From: Epithemia pelagica
Taxonomy: Eukaryota; Protista; Bacillariophyta
Length of the DNA stretch: 64,000 nucleotides
Reading direction: 5' to 3'
NCBI GenBank assembly: GCA_946965045.2
Contig: OX337241.1
Coordinates: 682,001 to 746,000 of the forward strand
The translations under genes and the position numbers were made by a program. This document shows positions 13,501 through 24,350 of this stretch, in pieces. Below the pieces are notes generated by a model. That model was not told the DNA's origin and did not search any database. It saw nothing but the letters and a program-made list of their open reading frames with translations. Every line of letters starts with the position of its first letter. The stretch's first letter is position 1.

Positions 13501-15360
13501 CGTTACGGTGCGAATACTGCGCTCGGCAACACCATTTTGGTGATGTGCCCCAACTCCGGAGAACGACATAGTCTGACCGGCCTCTTTAATCGCAGCAACA
13601 AAGTCCTTGTTCCCAAACGGCTTGTTATCGGCTAGATATGATTTGATTGTTATGCCCTGTTCTTGGGCGAACTGTTCGAACTGCAGTTTGGCTTGGAGAG
13701 TCTCACCGGTATTGAGAGACACCTGGTGGACACAGTAGATAAGCCCTGAGGCATGATCTACAAAAAGAGTACCGCCCGTGAATTGATCCTTCTTCGGTTC
13801 TCTGCCACGGGTGTTAGGAAGACGACCAGTCAAAGGAGATTGATACTGGTCAATGCTGACACAGTCACCGGGTTTGACGTGGTCTGACTTCGTGACCATG
13901 TGACGATTTTCTTTGGTTCCCGTGTGCTGTGTGTTAGCACCACGGCGACGTTGTTTCCCGAGTCGACATGCAGTACAATGCAAGTTGTCAATTGGACACG
14001 ACGACGTTTGGTTTTCGCGCGTATGCAGGACGCGACGTCGTTCCGTCCGCGGATTCCGACACAACTCTTGGATCCATGTAAAATTAGCATGGCCCAATTT
14101 CCAGTGCCATTTAAGCAGCTCACGTTGTGCTGCGGTAATGTTCTGATTGGCTTCATCTGCCACAGACAGAAACGCCTTTGACTCGTCCAACTCCATCACG
14201 TCCTCGAAAGACAACCCCATTTGAACCTGGTGGCTTGTGAGCATCAATGGCAGGTTGCTCTGCCCATTGAACGGAAACTCGAGGTCACTTCCATCATGGA
14301 GGATCAATTTACAGCGGTTGTGATTAACTAACAATTCACCGGACGATCGTTCTTGAAAATACGATTGTGGGCTAAAGAGGCGGATTTGTGCGGCTGGCAC
14401 GTAATAGGCCTTGGTGCGGATGGTACGGGTGACGCCAAACACGTCTCGGATCGTCCATCTGGCCATACCGACTCCAACGACGGTGGTTGAACTCGACAAC
14501 CCATTCAATTCCGTTGTGTCGCAAGGCTTGATCGGTCCGTCAAAGTCTTCCAGTTTCGGGGTCAAGGACGAGGAGGCACCTGTATCGATCACGACGGGCA
14601 AATCTGACTCCTTGGATGAGTTGAGATACACTGACATTCGATGGTGTAGTGTCTCTTGATGATATTCGTCGTCTCCCGATAGCTTGGCAGCGGCAATCAT
14701 AGCGTTTTGCATCTTGACGGCCATAACCTTCTTCCTCTGTTGGAATAGACTAGGTCCGAGTTGCCGCAACGCGAAGTATTGCGCTAGCGGATCAGGAGGT
14801 TTTCGTTTCGACGGACATTCGATTGCTTCCACTAGCTCATCCATCGTGCCAAAGTAGGAAGAAAGTCGTCCCTTCGGTAGCTTCCATCGGTCAGGACCGG
14901 TTAGCGATTCTTGTTGGCTTGGGATCGTCCATGATCCCGGGAGATAAACGCCATGGTCGCTGGTATCGTATTCAGCGTCGTTTGTTTGCTTTTCGCGGCG
15001 AGAAGATCCCTTGGGCCTTGTTGAACGTTGAGGCTTAAGTCGACGTCGGCGTTGAGGCAGACGGGTTAAGGTATAGGGCGTCCGTCCACGATCGACGGTA
15101 CCAGCCCATGTCACGGTCGTGTTGGTCACGGTGTGAAACATCATGAGGGCAGTAGTAAATCGACGCCGGGCGATGTGCGTCTTGGTCTTGTAGCGACAGC
15201 GGACTTGCACGGGCAAATTAGGGAAGGCAAAAATGTGACGCCAACCCAGTCCTCCCTCTCGCGAGCAGGACGCAACGGACAAGAACAAAATCAAGATCAA
15301 AAGGGGGACGAAGTAAAAAGAAAGATTTATCCAGGCACACAGAGTGCGGAAGGAACACAA
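10579..15360 (-). CDS. Element B pol (PR-IN-RT-RNase H)
   Basis: VVIDTGASS protease, HWKLGH..CTAC, integrase core, VVYVDDTL RT, CYVDADFAG RNase H. The true start is unclear. Confidence 0.95.
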   Translation of the reverse strand: MCSFRTLCAWINLSFYFVPLLILILFLSVASCSREGGLGWRHIFAFPNLPVQVRCRYKTKTHIARRRFTTALMMFHTVTNTTVTWAGTVDRGRTPYTLTRLPQRRRRLKPQRSTRPKGSSRREKQTNDAEYDTSDHGVYLPGSWTIPSQQESLTGPDRWKLPKGRLSSYFGTMDELVEAIECPSKRKPPDPLAQYFALRQLGPSLFQQRKKVMAVKMQNAMIAAAKLSGDDEYHQETLHHRMSVYLNSSKESDLPVVIDTGASSSLTPKLEDFDGPIKPCDTTELNGLSSSTTVVGVGMARWTIRDVFGVTRTIRTKAYYVPAAQIRLFSPQSYFQERSSGELLVNHNRCKLILHDGSDLEFPFNGQSNLPLMLTSHQVQMGLSFEDVMELDESKAFLSVADEANQNITAAQRELLKWHWKLGHANFTWIQELCRNPRTERRRVLHTRENQTSSCPIDNLHCTACRLGKQRRRGANTQHTGTKENRHMVTKSDHVKPGDCVSIDQYQSPLTGRLPNTRGREPKKDQFTGGTLFVDHASGLIYCVHQVSLNTGETLQAKLQFEQFAQEQGITIKSYLADNKPFGNKDFVAAIKEAGQTMSFSGVGAHHQNGVAERSIRTVTSWARTMMLHAVLHWPEHAHDLSLWPFALQHAVWLWNHLPKRLTHIAPLEVFTGTTFPTLHHLHRSHVWGCPVYVLDPALQDGKKLPKWAPRARRGQYLGVSPSHSSTVGLILNIATGYVSPQYHVVYDDLFTSVPNAETGGALQPDVFHGSFWDQLVASGLERLDDGDYADEPVPPPLHHDWMTNDELDALQHQRNDAERVNALPLPPALPPAPPLPPEGAPAPLVPEGDGVDVDVDVPADALFPHHFPLDQVDPNAPEHNEHNDANEQDDPNDNNELPHWQMDGVWDGNGDNNTTMDSADEVVIFDADEEESVRREQERERRSQHLQPPDEMTFGRGKRQRKPNPKYASFSQSRWASLACFNRDSYSKQKVKRDSANDAFLAGLDWTSTVNELRSSTSTLMNRLLALNTDYLTNTVEAMHPMMLVTKADAADNPRWNEAMSGPDAAGFMEACKKEIDTLYRLMKAWTVVERQPWMNVIPSTWAFKRKRYPDGSVKKLKARFCARGDYQVEGIDFFDTFAPVVNWTTVRLMLILSIILNLATVQVDYTAAFLHAPIDRDPKWDSMTREERQKSGVYVEMPRGFGQDGRVLKLNRSLYGLKQAPRNFFQHFKGQLERVGFVSQESVDPCLFISDKVIAVVYVDDTLFYSPKREYIDEVLERLKKEEHAELDVEDSVAGFLGVHIERDNTQGTIKLTQQGLIKRILEALQVGDLERSCTPALSKPLVEDKEGDPPQGRYNYASVIGMLQYLHAHSRPDLTYAVSQCARFVHNPKRSHERAVEKIGQYLKHTQDQGLILKPSQELDVDCYVDADFAGLWPYEEKNDPTSVKSRTGYAICIANCPVIWTSKLQTSIALSTMEAEYNALSEALKSVLPLRELLTHVAKGVGLSDDYTTTFKTTVWEDNAGALTLANMEPGRITPRSKYYAVKTHWFRSHLNERLTVVKVATTEQRADILTKGLTQTTFEHIRKLLCGW

Positions 15361-15484
15361 AAAAAACCACTAAGGCAGGCAACAACCAACCAAAGGGCAA
15401 TGGAGCCCAGGTATCCCTCCTGGGAGCGGTAGTTTGGAAGAAAGGGTGGCCTGTACCGACAGAGAGAAGTCGGCGGCCACACCA

Positions 15485-17059
15485 TCATTCGAGGTCCTGG
15501 AACTGGGTCAGTAGAGTCTGGACCGTTCGTTCCATGGCGCGACGAGTGCTGGCCCGATTGACACCGGACTCATCAATTTGCACACGTCTATTGGATGCAG
15601 CTGTGGCTAGATTGGCCGCCGGGGTTGTGCCGGACGACGATGCGGTGGGCGTAGTGGTGGTGGACAATGCCACCCAACGACGAGTGTCGGCATTCCACGA
15701 CATCATTTTGCCGTCAATTTCGCGGCGGTTTTTCTCGTCCGCGGTTGGTGCTCGCCATTTGTGGCGACGGGAAGTAGAAGACGATGAGTCGGCATTGTTG
15801 GCACTGCGGGAATTCTTTCGAGCCTCGTTGAACTTCTTGCGATTGGCCTCAATCAGCGCGTCGTTCCTGGGCTTGGTACAGTCCTTCAACGTGTGAGGAC
15901 CACCACAGTTCCAACAAACGGGGCCCTTGCGGCCAGAACCACCTTTAGATCCATCAGTAGACGTAGCAGGGAAGGACGAAGGACTTCCTCTTGTCTTGGC
16001 CCCGGTCCAATCATTAGAACGGCATAGGGATAGATATTCCTTCTCAGCTAGATCGAGGAGGGACACGATAGAGGGGATAGCAAACTGCGACTGGACAGCG
16101 GGACCGGACCGAGCTAGGGCGTCAGCGATTCTAGCCTGACTCTCTATTAGCTCAAATACCTTGTTGAACTTCTCAACGGAACTGGTCTGGAGCACCTTCA
16201 ACACTGTCTTGGCAAAATCCTCGGGAACCATTTCGATAGCTTCAAGACGCTCATGAGCTCCGAGAATTAGACTCACAATCTTCGAGACATTTTCTCCACG
16301 GACTTTCGAAATCTTAAGATTTTCAACGGTATCGACTAAAGTTTTGGTCGCTTGCTCGGTATGAGTTACTAGAAGCTTCATCATAATGATGAATAGCAAG
16401 GGGCCACCTTGTTCTTCCGTCTTGAAACGCTTGTAGCGCTCATAGACCTTAGTCCAGAGCGGATTCTTCATACTAACCTCAAGCTGTTTAGCTGTCAGCA
16501 TTAGATTTTCCCGATACCAACTCTTCTTGGGCCAGGTTGAATACCAGCGGTTGCTTACCGCTACCTGTTCTTCGGTCATGTCCGAATAGTACGAATACAA
16601 ATCCCTTGGTTGCTTCTTCACATCTGTGGACAAGGTTGGGCCGGTTCCATCCGGAGTAACGATCACAAAGACGTCATGCATGTCGTACATTACATGCTGA
16701 CTGCGGATCTTTGATACCATGAGGTTCAAGTTATAGCACTCTTCAAGCTGCTTTACATCGGTGATGTTCGCCGACAGTAGGTCAAACTTGGTAATAATTG
16801 ACGTGGCAGCCTTCGCAAAGAGTTCTTGGCGCTTCTCGGGTGCCATGCCTTCACGGTCTTCCTTCTTGAAGAGGGCGGTTTCGACATCTTGTGCTGGCGT
16901 CGCCTGATCGTTCACCTCGATCGTCTCTCCGTTAATTGTGATTGTAGAGTCCGTCGTCGTCGACATTATACTACTTATACTTGAGTTCTCCGACCACCCT
17001 GGTATTGAATCCAAGTCTGAGTCAGTCAAAAGGCGAAGAAGGTCTTCTAAACGTTCCAT
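15485..17059 (-). CDS. Element B gag
   Basis: 524-aa ORF downstream of the PBS with CCHC knuckle CWNCGGPHTLKDC. Confidence 0.92.
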   Translation of the reverse strand: MERLEDLLRLLTDSDLDSIPGWSENSSISSIMSTTTDSTITINGETIEVNDQATPAQDVETALFKKEDREGMAPEKRQELFAKAATSIITKFDLLSANITDVKQLEECYNLNLMVSKIRSQHVMYDMHDVFVIVTPDGTGPTLSTDVKKQPRDLYSYYSDMTEEQVAVSNRWYSTWPKKSWYRENLMLTAKQLEVSMKNPLWTKVYERYKRFKTEEQGGPLLFIIMMKLLVTHTEQATKTLVDTVENLKISKVRGENVSKIVSLILGAHERLEAIEMVPEDFAKTVLKVLQTSSVEKFNKVFELIESQARIADALARSGPAVQSQFAIPSIVSLLDLAEKEYLSLCRSNDWTGAKTRGSPSSFPATSTDGSKGGSGRKGPVCWNCGGPHTLKDCTKPRNDALIEANRKKFNEARKNSRSANNADSSSSTSRRHKWRAPTADEKNRREIDGKMMSWNADTRRWVALSTTTTPTASSSGTTPAANLATAASNRRVQIDESGVNRASTRRAMERTVQTLLTQFQDLE

Positions 17060-17249
17060 TCACCGGAAAATCGCGGCTGCTCCTTATATTTCGTGTCTTC
17101 GATGCTCTTCGTTCCAATACACGGGCTCTCGAAACTGGTTGGACTTCAACGGGCTCTTCCGACGGCTTCTTGTCAACGTCGTTGGACCGGTTCGTCCTTG
17201 TTTATTTTACTTTCGCAACCAATTTGTGCGTAAAATCACGTGCGTGATA

Positions 17250-17264
17250 CTTGGGCTCATAACC
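17250..17264 (-). other. Primer binding site of element B
   Basis: GGTTATGAGCCCAAG directly after the LTR-terminal CA; resembles the copia-type internal tRNAiMet PBS. Confidence 0.85.
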
Positions 17265-17431
17265 TGAAAGGAGGGTTTGGTTTGTAAAATTATGACTAGT
17301 AATCGGTTTAAACTCGGTAGGTCCTAATACGTAAGTGGAAATAGGTGAGGGTACGTCATTCGATTGCGACGCTGGCCTTGAACCTATGGATCGTCCCTTT
17401 GGAGTCTCCATTAGGTCGCACTGTCCTTTCA
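17265..17431 (-). repeat. 5' LTR of element B
   Basis: Identical to 10332-10498. Confidence 0.97.
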
Positions 17432-17849
17432 CCTGCTTGGAATACGGACAAGAAATCGTTGTCGAGGTTGTCCTAGCTTTCAACGAGCTGCTCTGATTCG
17501 GTTGCGTTGCTTCGCATTTCTGAGGGTTCCCATGGAAATCGTTTCTCTCATTAGCATGGCGACGCCACGAGATCGCACCCAACCAAACAACGAGCGCACC
17601 TGCCATTCCAACCAGGCTAGCGAGAGCAACAATTTCACAATGTTTCACGGCCCACCCGTTTTGAACGATCGACACAACACACGATAATTGACATCCTCCA
17701 GAAAAGCTATTACATGAAGGCATGCAATCATATGGATCATATTTCATTGCAGCTGAATCATCCATCCGAGTGGAGGAAGAAGCTTCGGACCTTCCCGATA
17801 GTAAAGCTTTCATGACGACTTCCACGAGGGAGGTGAACGGTTCAGGCAA
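17432..17849 (-). pseudogene. DUF3445 gene, 5' part (N-terminal membrane anchor)
   Basis: Hydrophobic IVALASLVGMAGALVVWLGAISW segment. Reconstructed junction reads ...CPYSKQ-AMVVPSQ in frame. Start codon uncertain. Confidence 0.75.
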
Positions 17850-17934
17850 TCCGTTTGATTCCTAGCCACGACATTGTGCAACTGAGAGCTTTTACGCCGA
17901 CAAATGGCGAATCGCTTCGTATGACGCGGCAAAT

Positions 17935-18171
17935 TGTCGCAACAGACGATGTTGCTGTTGCTCAAAGTCGTACGCAGCGGAGAGTTGATGTTCCACTATG
18001 GTCAACTTGGTTCGATGATGCGGCTAACGACGAAAAGGAAGATCAAAACAACAGATTTGGAAATTATGGTGACAGTGGGAATTTGAATCTATCTACTTTC
18101 CCATGCCGACACGCGCGCTACAAGACTGCCCGTCAACCCCACTGATGGACAGTACGCCCCACTTTGTGACA
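17935..18171 (-). repeat. 3' LTR of element C
   Basis: Identical by eye to 24114-24350. Confidence 0.97.
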
Positions 18172-18217
18172 CTCCCTCTCAGACGTAGTAGCCGCGTAAG
18201 CTCATAGTTTTGCATGA

Positions 18218-21200
18218 TTACCATCCAGCCAACATCTTTCTCGCTCGTTGAAATAGAGTCTTATCCAGTCCTTTTGTCAAACAATCCGCCACTTGTTCGT
18301 CCGATGCGACTTTGACCAAGCGGATGTTGCCATTGGACACATGCTCTTTGAAGAAATGGTACTTGACTGCGATATGTTTGGAGCGAGGAGTCATTCGTGG
18401 TGATGTGGCCAACAAGATGGTTCCGTTGTTGTCTTCAAATACTTTTGAGTATGCTCTGCAAGGGAGCTCATCAATGTTGAACATTGTTTTGATTTCATCC
18501 ACTAAACCCCGTAGTGGTATGAGGTCTCTCATGGCAAGACTGAGGGCAATGTACTCGGCCTCCATGGTTGATACGGCAATTTCTGTTTGTAATTTTGATA
18601 CCCAATGGACTGGACAATCACCAACCATCAAAACATAGCCGGTCCTTGATTTCACGCAAAGCGGATCCTGTGGATCCTCACTGTTCCACTGCCCCGCGAA
18701 ATCAGCATCCACATAACAATCAACTGACAGGCAATCCTTTGAGGGAGTTAGGATCATCCCTTGATCTCTTGTTCCCTTCAAATATCGGCAGATGCGTTTG
18801 ACTGCTTTGGCATGTGATGCCTTGGGGTTGTGTGTGAATCTAGCACACTGGTGCACGGCGTAGGCAATCTCTGGGCGTGAGTTGGACGCCAAATACAGCA
18901 ACATACCGACCACTGACGCGTAGCTCCACTGTTCTGCGTAGTCCTCTCCGTCTTGGTCTTTACCAAGCGGCTTTTGACTCGCTGGAGTCTTGTCTGGGTT
19001 ACAATCTTGCAGCCCGGTCGCGTTCAATACTTTATCGATAAGTCCGTATTGCTTCAACTTGATTTGCCCGTTGTTGAGACGTTCGAAGTCAATTCCGAGG
19101 TACGCCGATACGTCACCTTCAACTGTCATCTCCAAATCGTCTTTCAATGATTCCAACACTTTCATAATGCGTGCTTTGTCTGGTCCAGCCCAAATTACAT
19201 CATCAATGTAAACGAGGCATAGGATTCGTTTGGTTGGTTCGTAGAAGAGACAAGGATCAAATGCGCTCTGCTTGAATCCACGTTGTTCTAAATGACCCTT
19301 GAGGTGGTCATACCACGAAAGGGGTGCTTGCTTCAAGCCGTAGAGACTCTTCTTGAGATGCAAGACATACTCCTCTCCGTCCTCAGTGTCTGGTGCAAAA
19401 TCCTTTGGTAGCTCCATATAGACATCCTCTGTGAGGAAGGCTTGGGCAAATGCATTGGTGTAGTCGGTTTGCACCGTTTCCCAGTTGTATACAAGAACCA
19501 TCAACAACACAAGCCGAATCGTTATCCATTGGACAACAGGTGCATAGGTTTCGAAGTAATCCAAGCCGTAGGTTTGCTTGTCACCTCTAACACACAGCCG
19601 TGCCTTTAGTTTTCGCACTGAACCGTCTGGATAGCGCTTTCTCCGAAATGCCCAAGTGGAAGGTAAGGCTTTGCCGCCACGCTTTTCCATCTCGGATCGG
19701 AGTGTCATGACTCAGGTTCCCTTGTCTTCCAGCTCTTTCACTTCATTTCCCATGGCGGCTACGTAGCCCTCACGGTCATTTCCAGTCATTGCCTCGTAGT
19801 AGGATGGCAGATCTGGATTGTTCTTTTTGGTTGAAGCTTGAAACACGATCGGATCGCGAAATCCAAAGGTGTCGGAGTCGGTATCCGAGTCAAGGTACGC
19901 CTGATAGGCTGTGCCCGTCATTGCGTTGGTCACGAAAGCTGCGAAACTCGCCAAGGCTCGATAGCCTGCACCTTGTGTGCCATCATATCCCCATCGTAAT
20001 GGTGCTTTTCTTGTTCGTCCGGAACGACGGAGCGACGGTGACGGTTCCTCAGGTTCTGGTTGCGGCTGTTGTTGTTGTTGGTGTGAAGGAAGAGGTTCTT
20101 CAGCGGCTGCAGGTTCTTCTTCTTCGACAGGTTGTAATGGTGGTTCTTCTTGTTGTTGAGGCGGATTTGGTTCGGACGGTGGATCGTTTGTTGCAGGCTG
20201 GTCCTGCTCCCTCTGTTGAGCCGTTGTATCTGGTTCAGGAGGATCGTTTTGATCGGCAAAGCGGACTCGTTGTTGAGTGTTGCGAATTTGAGATGAGCGG
20301 TCAACATTGTCATTTTGATGCTCCACCCATTCATCCGCTAAAGCAACCGGGTCGTCTTCATCGAATGCATAGTGGTAGCGGGAGTCACCAAACAATTGAG
20401 TCCATTCAGCTTCATCGAATGGGCGGTCCAATGCAGTTCCGATCACGCTTGAAAACCAATCGTCGAAGACGACGTGGAACTGCGGTGAAATGTGTCCCGT
20501 TTTCGTATTGAGGACTAGTGGCACCCTGGACGAATGTCGTTTGGAAAAACCAAGGAAGATTCCACGACGTGACCTTGGCTTCCATTTTGGGAGCTTGTGT
20601 CCGTCCTGGAGAGTCGGATCCAAGACATAACAGGGGCATCCCCACACGTGCATATCCGCAAAAACTTGGCGACCGGCCTTGGACTTCACAATCAACTCCA
20701 TCGGTGACATCATGCCAGCGCTGGTACGAGGCATGTGATTGTGTTGAAACACCACATAGTCAACCGCCATTGGCCACAGACTGATATCTGCTGCATCAGG
20801 CCACCGAATCGCAGCGTGGATAAGAATCGTGCGTGCTTTTGACAAGATGGTTCCAATAGCACGCTCGGCTATTCCGTTTTGATGGTGAGCTCCGACTCCA
20901 CTGAACTTGATGTTTTGGAGACCGGATTCGATTTCGTTCACAAAAGCGTTGGAAGCGAAGATGCCGTTGTCGGATTGATAGGCTTGGACGGTGATTCCAA
21001 GATCAAACATTCGCTTTTCGTATCGTTGTTTGGCGGCAATCGTCTCAGTGGCCGTGAAATTGACCAAATGCTCGATGTGGATGTCACCAGTAGCGTGATC
21101 CACGAAGATACAGCCTCCAGAGTACATGCTGTCAGGATGGGACTGGCCGCGAGACGAATAGAGGCGGCCCTTTTGCTTGACGACAAAATGATCCATAGAA

Positions 21201-22531
21201 ACGCGTTGACCGGGGAACAACTGGTCTTTCTTCAAGCCATACTCCCTCTCGCGGACAATCGTTTTCGTTGAGGTATCAGTTGGACGCCGTTTTGCTTTGC
21301 CAAATTGACAGCCAGCACATTTCGGCAATTCACATTTGGATGCAGCCTTGATGAGAGGGGACGAACCAAGGGCTCCAGATTGCATGAGGCGTTGGATAGC
21401 AGCCAAACCATGATGACACAAACGAAAGTGCCATTTCATGAGCTCCTTTTGTGGCGTTGTCAGGTTTGGATTTTGGGTGTGGGTGACACATGCTTGATTC
21501 ACCGACGGAGAAGGTTGAACATTCGCCATAGTGCACGTAGGAAGGTTGTTTTCTGGATGGTATGAGATGCTTGCAACTTTGCCGTCTGCGGTTTCGAACC
21601 GGAGAGTCGAACCACGGATCACGAAACTTTCAAGCACGTTCTCGTCGGACGTGGCTTCTTTGTGTTGCAAGTAGCTTTGCGGAGAAAATAATCGGCAACG
21701 AGCGGTGGAGACATGGTAAGCCGGTGCTTCCATTTCGGTGTAGCTCCCGTCGTCAAGTTGCATTCTCCAGCGGACGATTCCGGTTCCATCTATTGGGAGG
21801 CCTTTAGCCAATCCTTGCAGCACTGAACCAGTTTGAGCAGAGTATTCAACAAAATCGTCTCGAAATGGGGTGATGGTGATCGTTGCACCAGAATCGATCG
21901 TGACCGAAAAAGTTGAGGCGGTGGATTCCGAAAGAAAGTTCCAAGCCAACGGTGCTCCCTCTGTTGACGGCTCGGCGGTGTTTGCCTGTGCTTGATGAGG
22001 GACGGCCGTGTGAAACAGAAGGGAGAAAGACAATTCCTCAAACGGGTCAGGGTCAGAAGGTTTTGGAAACGGAGAAGGGGGAGGATCGTCGTCTGCTGGG
22101 CTTGCGTCGTCAAGGTCACGACGCTTGCGTTTCCGTCGTCTACGCCATCGTGGTGGAAGGTAGAAGGTTCGTCGATGATACTTGAAAGCAAGGGTGATTT
22201 TGCTATTGGGTTGCCCTAACAAGCGTCGATGGTAGACGCGACTTGCAAAGGCAAGCGATGGAAACTTGGTGAGCGGTGCATCAATTCCCAAAACGAAGGA
22301 ATGTGTGCTCATCATCACACCCGAATAGCAACAGAACAGACCAGGCAATACCAGGATCGGCGAGAAGCGAAAGCAGCGACGAGTTTTGCGAGTGATTGAA
22401 CGGCGAGGATTTTGTTGTGGCAAGACAGTGCGCCAAAGAGAGAGGAACAAGCGAATAAAAGCGAAGAGAATGGGCAACGGATTCATCATCACCAAATAAG
22501 AATACATAGCGATGAGCATCCGCCCGATGAG
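18218..22531 (-). pseudogene. Element C pol, in-frame TGA at 19709-19711
   Basis: VTIDSGAT protease, integrase, LVYIDDVI RT, CYVDADFAG RNase H. DKGT*VMT sits where element B has KAWTVV. Confidence 0.92.
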
Positions 22532-23998
22532 TCATTCGTCGTCTTCGTCTAGAATAGTTGCAGCTCCACAATATTTTAGAGATGCAAGCGATGCGGCCGG
22601 TTTCGTACCGCCAGTTTGATTCGCTTTCTTTGCATAATCGTTGTCATGCGTCGCCGTTCCGTGCGATAGTCGCCAGAATCCACAAATGGCACACCAGTGC
22701 CACGGCGTCCCATTCACATTTTTGGTTTCGGGCTCTCCATCACCCGGTGGTTTGGACTTCCAAGGAGCCTTTGGTGCTTTTGACTTGCCTTTGCCATCGT
22801 CGTTGTTGGCTTTCGGGCAATCCTTCTTCAAATGGTCCGTTGACCCACAGATGTAACACTTTCGTCCACCAGTTTGCTTTCCCTTTCCACTGTTGGTTCC
22901 GCCCTTTAAGGCAGCCGAGACACTCTTCTGAACGAGATTGTTAATCTCGGTTTTTGTGAACATCATCGCTTCTGGCGGATTGCCAGAGTCACTCTTTCCA
23001 GACGGTCCCCAACGCTTGGCCGTCAACAACAACGTATACTCCGCATTCGCTTCCTCCACAAGTTGTTGAACCGAGATGTAATCAGGTTCAGCTGCTCGTC
23101 CTTCGATGGTGGCTCTTGAGAGGCCATGGACTTTGGTGACCCATTGGTTGACCGCTGTGCTCCGCGCCATAAACTTCACACGAAATTGCTCTACTGACGA
23201 TGTGCAAAGCTGTTCATTCAGGAGAAATGGAGCATCGCTTGGCACATTCTTTCCAAGCTCCACACAAGTTTGGAGAAACTTGGTGGTGAATACTTTCACA
23301 TCTTCTCAAGCCGTCTGTCGGAGTTTGTGGGCCTCCAATTGTTGTTTCAACGCTTTGATTCGCTGGAAGGAGGCGGTCCGAACCTCGCGAACAACGTAAA
23401 TCCACAAGATTGGTCCAAATTTCATGTCGCGTGGTAGCAATGGACGAATGCTGGTCTTGACAGTTTCATCCAGCATTGACATGATGGCCTTATACGCAAG
23501 GTCCATGTTGTTGGTAGAGTAATCGTCATACAGAGGAGTAGCAGCTCCCATCCCAGTCCTAAAGTGGTTCACCACAAAGGCCGGTGTGAATTCAGAGTCT
23601 TCTTGCAGGATGTCGACAAGTCTGGTGGGATCTTGTGGATCAGGAAGGTAGAATTCACTGTCCATCCCATGAAACTCCATATGGTCAGCGACCATCTCTG
23701 CAAACTGCTCGATCGTGAGATTCTTTTCGTCTCTGGTGAACTTTCGAGCGTCGTTTTCACTGCTATCCACGATAGTGATCTTCTGTTTCAGCGCCTTGTG
23801 CGCTTCCGTCGGGTCTTGCAACTGGTAGCAATACGGGCTCCGCGGAACGGTTCGCGTCGTTGTTGCGAACGTCACATCAGTTGGTCGGCCTCCAGTCCAT
23901 GGATGGATCCCAGTCAATCCGCCAAGGTTGGGCCGAGGAGGTGGTGCCGGAGTACGTGCACGAGGCGTCGGTGGTGTTGCTCCTCCTCCCGATGCCAT
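22532..23998 (-). pseudogene. Element C gag, in-frame TGA at 23306-23308
   Basis: RQTA*EDVKVF, where B has RGENV; knuckle CYICGSTDHLKKDC. Confidence 0.9.
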
Positions 23999-24113
23999 GG
24001 TGTTCAGCGCCGTGTCCGTTTCGTTTCGTCGATGGTACGCGAAGTCTTCTTCTTCTCCAGCTCTCGTTCGGTAACAAAAGCAAGCTTACAACCCTTTACT
24101 TGGGCTCATAACC

Positions 24114-24350
24114 TGTCGCAACAGACGATGTTGCTGTTGCTCAAAGTCGTACGCAGCGGAGAGTTGATGTTCCACTATGGTCAACTTGGTTCGATGATGC
24201 GGCTAACGACGAAAAGGAAGATCAAAACAACAGATTTGGAAATTATGGTGACAGTGGGAATTTGAATCTATCTACTTTCCCATGCCGACACGCGCGCTAC
24301 AAGACTGCCCGTCAACCCCACTGATGGACAGTACGCCCCACTTTGTGACA
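24114..24350 (-). repeat. 5' LTR of element C
   Basis: Identical to 17935-18171; followed by PBS GGTTATGAGCCCAAG. Confidence 0.97.

Larger units (their letters stand above)
10332..17431 (-). mobile_element. Full-length Ty1/copia retrotransposon B (7100 bp, CoDi-like)
   Basis: Identical 167-bp LTRs (10332-10498, 17265-17431) with TGAAAGGA..TCCTTTCA ends; TSD CCTGC at 10327-10331 and 17432-17436; PBS and PPT present. Confidence 0.98.
17935..24350 (-). mobile_element. Full-length Ty1/copia retrotransposon C (6416 bp), coding-defective
   Basis: Identical 237-bp LTRs (17935-18171, 24114-24350) with TGTCGCAA..TTGTGACA ends; TSD CAAAT at 17930-17934 and 24351-24355; PBS 24099-24113; PPT 18172-18183. 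Confidence 0.98.

Noticed and set aside
18218-23998. UGA reassigned to an amino acid in this genome
   Set aside because: Host genes end in TGA (e.g. the HMG gene at 7755-7757), and the stops replace different residues (Gly, Trp).
3574-24265. Long antisense or alternate-frame ORFs inside copia elements (e.g. 4184-4801, 12420-13097, 19789-20511, 23564-24265)
   Set aside because: Shadow ORFs of gag/pol with no motifs.
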